Source of the DNA: an uncultured Bacillota bacterium
GTDB taxonomy: Bacteria; Bacillota_I; Bacilli_A; RF39; UBA660
Assembly (NCBI GenBank): GCA_947168485.1
Contig: CAMVLZ010000006.1
Span: 1 to 58,226 of the forward strand
Length of the DNA stretch: 58,226 bases
Reading direction: 5' to 3'
Made by a program: the position numbers and the translations under genes
Shown here: positions 53,062-58,226 of the stretch, in pieces
How positions within the stretch are numbered: the stretch's first letter is position 1
How the letters are laid out: the number at the start of each line of letters is the position of its first letter
The notes under the pieces: generated by a model
The model's input: the letters and a program-made list of their open reading frames with translations, nothing else
The model's database searches: none
What the model was told of the DNA's origin: nothing

Positions 53062-55029
53062 TTACTTTAATAATTCTTCTACTTTATTTTCTAATGATTC
53101 TAGATCAAAACCATATTCTTTATAAATATCTTCTTTAGATCCAGATTTACCAAATTTATCTAATGTTATTAAATATTTTGGATTATATACAATAGAATTC
53201 CATGAATATGAAGAAGATGCTTCTATAACTATTTTCTTTACTTCTACTGGTAATACTTTATCTATATATTCTTTATCTTGAGATAAGAATCTATTTATAT
53301 TAGGCATTGATACTACTCTTATATCTATACCTTTACTTTGTAGACGATTAGCTACTTTTATAGCTGAAGATAGTTCTTCTCCACAAGATATTATAATACC
53401 ATTTCTTCTACTTTGAAAGTCTTTTGCGATATAACCACCTAAATATACTTCATTAGCTTTAGTATATGATAAGATTGGTTGATTATTTCTAGATAAAATA
53501 ATGGCTGCTGGAGAATCTTTCTTTTCATATATAGTTTTATATGTTCCAATGATCTCATTAGCGTCAGCTGGTCTAAAAACATCTAAATTTGGTGTAGAAC
53601 GAAGTGATATTAATTGTTCTACTGGTTGATGAGTAGGTCCATCTTCTCCTACACTAATAGAATCATGAGTAAATATATATGTAACTGGTAATTTCATCAT
53701 ACAAGCTAATCTAATAGATGGTTTCATAAAATCAGCAAAACTTAAAAATGTAGCAGCAAATGGTCTTAATCCCATTAAAGCTAATCCATTAGATATTGAA
53801 GCCATACCATGTTCTCTAACTCCATAGAAAATATTTTTTCCTTTGTAATTATCTTTAGAGAAATCCCCTTCTCCATCTATATATACTTTACAAGGTCCAG
53901 ATACATCAGCAGCTCCACCAATAACAAAGTCAGTTGATTTTACTATTGATGTTAAAATCTTACCTCCAGTAGTTCTACCAGCTTCTTCATTATTTTCAGG
54001 GATTTGATATTCTATATCTTTTTCTTCTATAGATTTATCTTCATTAATTAGATAATCATACATCTTTTTATAATTATCATCTAATTTATCTATTTCTTTT
54101 ATAAATTTATCATATAAATTTTTACATCTAGTTTGAATTTTTTCTCTAAAATCAGTAATACAATTATTAGATACAGTAAATGGAATATCTCTTATATCTA
54201 ATTTTTCTTTTATTTGAGATACATCTTCTTTAGTAAGAGGTCCTCCATGTACTTTATTTTTACCTTCTAATAATGAATGTTTACCAATAGTAGTTTTAAT
54301 TTCAATTATAGTAGGTTTTTGAGTTTCAGTTTTAGCTTCTTCAATAGCTTTAGAAATTGCTTCAATTGATTCTCCATCTTCTACAGTAATTACATTCCAA
54401 TTAATTGCATTAAATCTAAATGTAATATTTTCATTAAATGTTTTATTAGCTTCTCCATCTAAAGTAACATTATTATGATCATATAGTACTATTAATTTAT
54501 TTAAATTATGAAGTCCTGCTAGAGAAAGTGCTTCATAAGATGCTCCTTCCATTAAGTCTCCTTCTCCACATAATACATATGTGTAGAAATTAATTAAATC
54601 TTTTTTAGCACCATTAAATGTAGCATTTAAATATCTTTCAGCCATCGCAATACCTACAGCTGCTGAAAGTCCTTCTCCTAGAGGTCCTGTAGACATATCA
54701 ACACCTGGTGTAACTTTATATTCTGGATGTCCTGGAGTAATCGAATTTAGTTTTCTAAACTTTTTTAAATCATCTAATTCTAGCCCGTACCCTGCAAAAT
54801 ACAATATTGAATATAAAAGTGCACTACCATGTCCAGCAGACATAATAAATCTATCACGATTGAAATAATCCGGATGTTCTGGATCTATATTAATATGATT
54901 AGCAAACAATGTATATAAGATAGGTGCAGCACCTAACGCAATACCAGGATGTCCACTATTTGCTTCAGAAATCATATCAATAGATAGTGATCTAATATTA
55001 TCAATTGTCTTTTCTTCTATCCTTTTCAT
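53062..55029 (-). CDS. tkt: Transketolase
   Basis: SGHPG, NRDRFIMSAGH, TGPLGEG and THDSISVGEDGPTHQP motifs; start moved to MKRIEE after the AGGAG SD. Confidence 0.96.
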   Translation of the reverse strand: MKRIEEKTIDNIRSLSIDMISEANSGHPGIALGAAPILYTLFANHINIDPEHPDYFNRDRFIMSAGHGSALLYSILYFAGYGLELDDLKKFRKLNSITPGHPEYKVTPGVDMSTGPLGEGLSAAVGIAMAERYLNATFNGAKKDLINFYTYVLCGEGDLMEGASYEALSLAGLHNLNKLIVLYDHNNVTLDGEANKTFNENITFRFNAINWNVITVEDGESIEAISKAIEEAKTETQKPTIIEIKTTIGKHSLLEGKNKVHGGPLTKEDVSQIKEKLDIRDIPFTVSNNCITDFREKIQTRCKNLYDKFIKEIDKLDDNYKKMYDYLINEDKSIEEKDIEYQIPENNEEAGRTTGGKILTSIVKSTDFVIGGAADVSGPCKVYIDGEGDFSKDNYKGKNIFYGVREHGMASISNGLALMGLRPFAATFLSFADFMKPSIRLACMMKLPVTYIFTHDSISVGEDGPTHQPVEQLISLRSTPNLDVFRPADANEIIGTYKTIYEKKDSPAAIILSRNNQPILSYTKANEVYLGGYIAKDFQSRRNGIIISCGEELSSAIKVANRLQSKGIDIRVVSMPNINRFLSQDKEYIDKVLPVEVKKIVIEASSSYSWNSIVYNPKYLITLDKFGKSGSKEDIYKEYGFDLESLENKVEELLK

Positions 55030-55109
55030 AAAGATCTCCTTTACTGGTCTTATTATATCAAATTGAATATTATTTATCAATTTTTAAATAAATGCTATAA
55101 TACAGTTAT

Positions 55110-55185
55110 GCCGATTTAGCTCAGTTGGTAGAGCAACTCATTCGTAATGAGTAGGTCGAAGGTTCAAGTCCTTCAATCGGCACCA
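55110..55185 (+). tRNA. tRNA-Thr(CGT)
   Basis: GCCGATT...ACTCA-TTCGTAA-TGAGT...TTCAAGT...AATCGGC-ACCA. Confidence 0.96.
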
Positions 55186-55281
55186 TTTTTTTAGATGGAT
55201 AATTATTCATCTTTTTTATTTTGTATTAATATCTTTATTTTTTTTATCCATGTGTTATAATTTAAATAATAGGAGGAAAAT

Positions 55282-56151
55282 ATGAAAGGAAAAGAAAAAA
55301 AGAATAAGAAAAGTATTATTATTTTAATTGTATTATTAATAGTAATTATTCTATGTCTAATAGGTTATATTTGCTATGACACATTTAGTTCTATGAATGA
55401 TACAAAATCTGATAATGAAACTACTGAAGTTGTTGACAAAACTGAAAAATCTGAAGAAAGTGAGATTAAACATATTACTATTGATTCACCTGAAGTAAAA
55501 GCTGCTATGAAAGCATTTGAAATGATTAATATTACACCTAGTGAATTATATAATTCTAAGGGTTATAATATTGATAATATTAGTAATTATGATTTAGTAT
55601 CAACTGGATTACATAACTTAGTATCAAATAGTAATGATGGTAGTGGTCTAAGTAAATATGTTGCTTATTGTATAAGTGAGAAAAGTCAATTAAAAGATGC
55701 TATTCCTGTTAGTGAATTAAATAAAGGATTAGATAAGTATTTAGATAAAAAAATTACTGTAGATACAATTAAAGGATTAAATAAAGGAGCATCATATTCA
55801 ATGGCTCAATATGAAGTTAGTGATATCGGAATTATCTTAGAAGGAGATAAAATGAGATTAATTGGTCCTTGTGGTGCAATATTCCAAGGAGAACCTTATC
55901 AAGAAAAAAAGACAATCGCTGCTGAAATGAGTAATGATGAGTTATATGTTTATGAAAAAGTAGCTTTTGGTATATATGATGATGCTTCTAAAGAAGGTAA
56001 TCCAGTAGCTTCATTTTATAAAGAGTTCTCTGGAAAAACTAAGGTGAGTTCTGGATTAAAAGATTGGAATGAATATAATACTTATAAATATACATTTAAA
56101 ATATCTAATAATTCTTATTATTTTCAAAAATATGAATTATCTGATAAATAA
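55282..56151 (+). CDS. Membrane-anchored surface protein; paralog of 7522-8412 and 47938-48924
   Basis: TM then ITIDSPEVK...SNYDLV...LYVYEKVAF...YKYTFK...YYFQKYEL. Confidence 0.8.
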   Translation: MKGKEKKNKKSIIILIVLLIVIILCLIGYICYDTFSSMNDTKSDNETTEVVDKTEKSEESEIKHITIDSPEVKAAMKAFEMINITPSELYNSKGYNIDNISNYDLVSTGLHNLVSNSNDGSGLSKYVAYCISEKSQLKDAIPVSELNKGLDKYLDKKITVDTIKGLNKGASYSMAQYEVSDIGIILEGDKMRLIGPCGAIFQGEPYQEKKTIAAEMSNDELYVYEKVAFGIYDDASKEGNPVASFYKEFSGKTKVSSGLKDWNEYNTYKYTFKISNNSYYFQKYELSDK

Positions 56152-56187
56152 AAAGAATCTATTTTATTTAGATTCTTTTTTTATTAC

Positions 56188-56697
56188 TTATTCTATAGTA
56201 CTAGTTATTTCTTCTGACATTAAATTATTATCATTTAACCATCTTGCAAAATAATTAACTATTCTAAATTTTGTAATATTACTCATTTTAGATCCATCAG
56301 CATACATAATACAATCTGTTTTGTGATAATTATCTTGAAAAGCTATTTTTCCATTGTTATCTATTTTATATTTAATTAATACTGGTTTATCTTTATATGT
56401 TAATTTGAAGTTATTTAGTGAATTGTCTGATTCAAATTCTATTTTATAATTCTTAGAACTTTGAGTATATGGACTTATTAATAGTATGTATCCAAATCCA
56501 AATACTCCACATGCTCCCATGAATATTAATTTTGTTTCTAATTTTATTAATCCATAGATTAATGCGATAAAAAACGCTATAGTAAGTATAAACATAAATA
56601 TTATTATAATTATACTTCCAGTATCAAATTTTGGTTTAAATCTACCATTTACTAATTTTATTCCAGCAATTATTCCTGCTATATTACCTATATTCAT
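56188..56697 (-). CDS. Two-TM hypothetical membrane protein
   Basis: GAGGAG SD; two hydrophobic helices. Confidence 0.75.
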   Translation of the reverse strand: MNIGNIAGIIAGIKLVNGRFKPKFDTGSIIIIIFMFILTIAFFIALIYGLIKLETKLIFMGACGVFGFGYILLISPYTQSSKNYKIEFESDNSLNNFKLTYKDKPVLIKYKIDNNGKIAFQDNYHKTDCIMYADGSKMSNITKFRIVNYFARWLNDNNLMSEEITSTIE

Positions 56698-56815
56698 AAT
56701 ATTCTCCTCTATTCTATATTTTATATTAATAGAATAATTATATTAAATCAAGTATTGTTTGTATGAAGTGTAAATTATAAAATAAAAAAAAGAACCTATG
56801 GTTCTAAATTCAATT

Positions 56816-56899
56816 TGGTGCGAGTAACAGGAATCGAACCTGCATGCCATAGGCACTAGTTCCTAAGACTAGCGCGTCTACCAGTTCCGCCATACTCGC
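56816..56899 (-). tRNA. tRNA-Leu(TAG)
   Basis: Reverse complement GCGAGTA...CTAGT-CTTAGGA-ACTAG, long variable arm, TACTCGC-ACCA. Confidence 0.95.
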
Positions 56900-56910
56900 A
56901 ATAATAAAAA

Positions 56911-56987
56911 TGGTGGACCCTATAGGACTCGAACCTATGACCGCCCGGTTATGAGCCGGATGCTCTAACCAACTGAGCTAAGGGTCC
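56911..56987 (-). tRNA. tRNA-Ile2(CAT) (lysidine type; CAT anticodon)
   Basis: Reverse complement GGACCCT...TCCGG-CTCATAA-CCGGG...; GGACC acceptor stem typical of Bacilli Ile2 rather than Met. Confidence 0.88.
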
Positions 56988-57079
56988 ACTGCTCTTTAAT
57001 AATAGCATAAATAAATACATTTATCAAGTAAATTAATTAATTTTTTAAATAAACAAAAAAATAAAGTAAAAACTTTATT

Positions 57080-57499
57080 TTATTTGTTCATCATGTTTAA
57101 TAAGTTTATCTTAAACATATCCTTTTTAGGATTTTCTTTTGATATCATGACACCTTTATAAGTAGATAACTCTGCTCTATGTCCTTCATCTAGGATACCT
57201 TCAGGAGTTATATTTGTTAATAAGATAATTCCTTTTTTAGTATATACAGTATAATGAAGAGTAATATCTCCATGTACTTTAACAAATAATTCATCAGTAG
57301 GTAATTTTAATTCATAACTTACAGTATTAGCTTGTTCATTTTTTGATACTTCTTTACCTAAGAAATTACCATTTCTTAATTCTGGATAATAACTAAAAGT
57401 TAATTTTTTGTAAGCTAACATATTGTATTTTCTTACTGATCTTTCTTTCTTTCTAAAGTCATTTTCATCTAAGTATTCAAATATATAATTTTTCTCCAT
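57080..57499 (-). CDS. Hypothetical protein, possible RelE-like fold
   Basis: Consensus promoter and GGGGG SD; YELKL...GDITLHYTV...IILLTNI strand pattern. Confidence 0.7.
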   Translation of the reverse strand: MEKNYIFEYLDENDFRKKERSVRKYNMLAYKKLTFSYYPELRNGNFLGKEVSKNEQANTVSYELKLPTDELFVKVHGDITLHYTVYTKKGIILLTNITPEGILDEGHRAELSTYKGVMISKENPKKDMFKINLLNMMNK

Positions 57500-57571
57500 A
57501 ATATTCAACCCCCTAGTTAATTAAATCCTCCTGTATTTCTTTGGGTACCCCCATACCTTCAAAGTACCTGT

Positions 57572-57600
57572 ATTATACCACTTTTCTATAAAAAAGTCAA
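57572..57600 (-). promoter_or_regulatory. Sigma-A promoter
   Basis: TTGACT-17 bp-TATAAT with TG extension on the minus strand. Confidence 0.75.
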
Positions 57601-57646
57601 ATATTTTGTTGATATATAAAGAAAAAAGACAATTATTATTGTCTTT

Positions 57647-58225
57647 TTATCTTCTTAGTACTTTGGCTTTTGATTGAGCTTTTGATTTCATGTTAGCCAT
57701 TCTTTCGATATATAAGTTGATTAATGCTTCTTGAGATTTCATCTCATTATTAGCTTCTTCATCAAATTTCTTTCCAGTTTCATTTGGATCTGGTAAGTCA
57801 TTCTTTGGTTCTTCTTTCTTTTCAACTTTTGGTTCTGAATGAGACTCTTGTTTAGGAGCTGATTCAGTCTTAGTTTCTTGTTTTGGTGCAGGTGCTGATT
57901 CAGTCTTAGTTTCTTGTTTAGGAGCTGATTTAGTTTCAGCTTTCTTATCAAATTCTTTTCCTGATTCATTTGGATCTGGTAATTTCTTATCTGCGCCAGT
58001 TGAATCTGTTGTTACATCTTTAACTGAGTTATCTAAGTTACCATCTTTATCTTTATGACTATCATCTATAGTGATTCCGTCATAATCTTTATCATTAACC
58101 TTTTCACCTTTATCAATTTTATCATTAATATCTTTTATATCTTCTTGTACTTTATCATTAGCTTCTTTAGCTTCTTTTTCTTTTTGTTCTTTGTTTTTAT
58201 CTTCTTGCTTTTGAGCTTCTTTTTG
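57647..58225 (-). CDS. C-terminal part of a low-complexity charged repeat protein (start outside the window; not in ORF track)
   Basis: Open frame QKEAQKQEDKNKEQ...LPDPNESGKEFD...(TKTESAPKQE)-type repeats...LPDPNETGKKFD...KSKAQSKAKVLRR*, followed by a terminator. Confidence 0.85.
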   Translation of the reverse strand, partial: QKEAQKQEDKNKEQKEKEAKEANDKVQEDIKDINDKIDKGEKVNDKDYDGITIDDSHKDKDGNLDNSVKDVTTDSTGADKKLPDPNESGKEFDKKAETKSAPKQETKTESAPAPKQETKTESAPKQESHSEPKVEKKEEPKNDLPDPNETGKKFDEEANNEMKSQEALINLYIERMANMKSKAQSKAKVLRR

Positions 58226-58226
58226 C

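Noticed and set aside
56911-56987. tRNA-Met assignment for the CAT tRNA
   Set aside because: The GGACC acceptor stem and overall sequence fit Bacilli tRNA-Ile2 better, and initiator features are absent.
57739-57969. 76-aa ORF from the track
   Set aside because: Off-frame shadow of the real repeat protein at 57647-58225.

Overview
Very AT-rich chromosomal segment using genetic code 11 (Trp = TGG, TGA acts as stop). It comes from a walled, low-GC Bacillota genome; gene content and style suggest a reduced-genome gut Bacilli lineage such as RF39/UBA660, which is an inference. The window appears to span the replication terminus. A Firmicute-type dif site lies at 10979-11006, the dominant coding strand flips from + to - exactly there, and xerD is about 1.7 kb away. 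Most genes are housekeeping (murC, queH, deoB, xerD, rarA, holA, alaS, xseAB, nusB, mutS, eno, gltX, tmk, hemW, lepA, deoD, tkt). There are also 5 tRNAs, an Ala T-box riboswitch, a two-component system and a type IV pilus fragment (PilB-type ATPase plus two large prepilins). No CRISPR, rRNA, transposase or prophage was seen. The most unusual observations are: (i) a dif-flanking module made of an HTH protein, an HTH-less tandem paralog and three 40-bp palindromic repeats; (ii) dispersed orphan proteins with similar basic C-terminal tails, several with consensus promoters, which may be export substrates; (iii) a three-member family of uncharacterised membrane-anchored surface proteins; (iv) two kinase genes under an Ala T-box; (v) a thymidine kinase lacking its catalytic motif. 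Two real CDSs missing from the ORF track were found (9318-9413 and 57647-58225).
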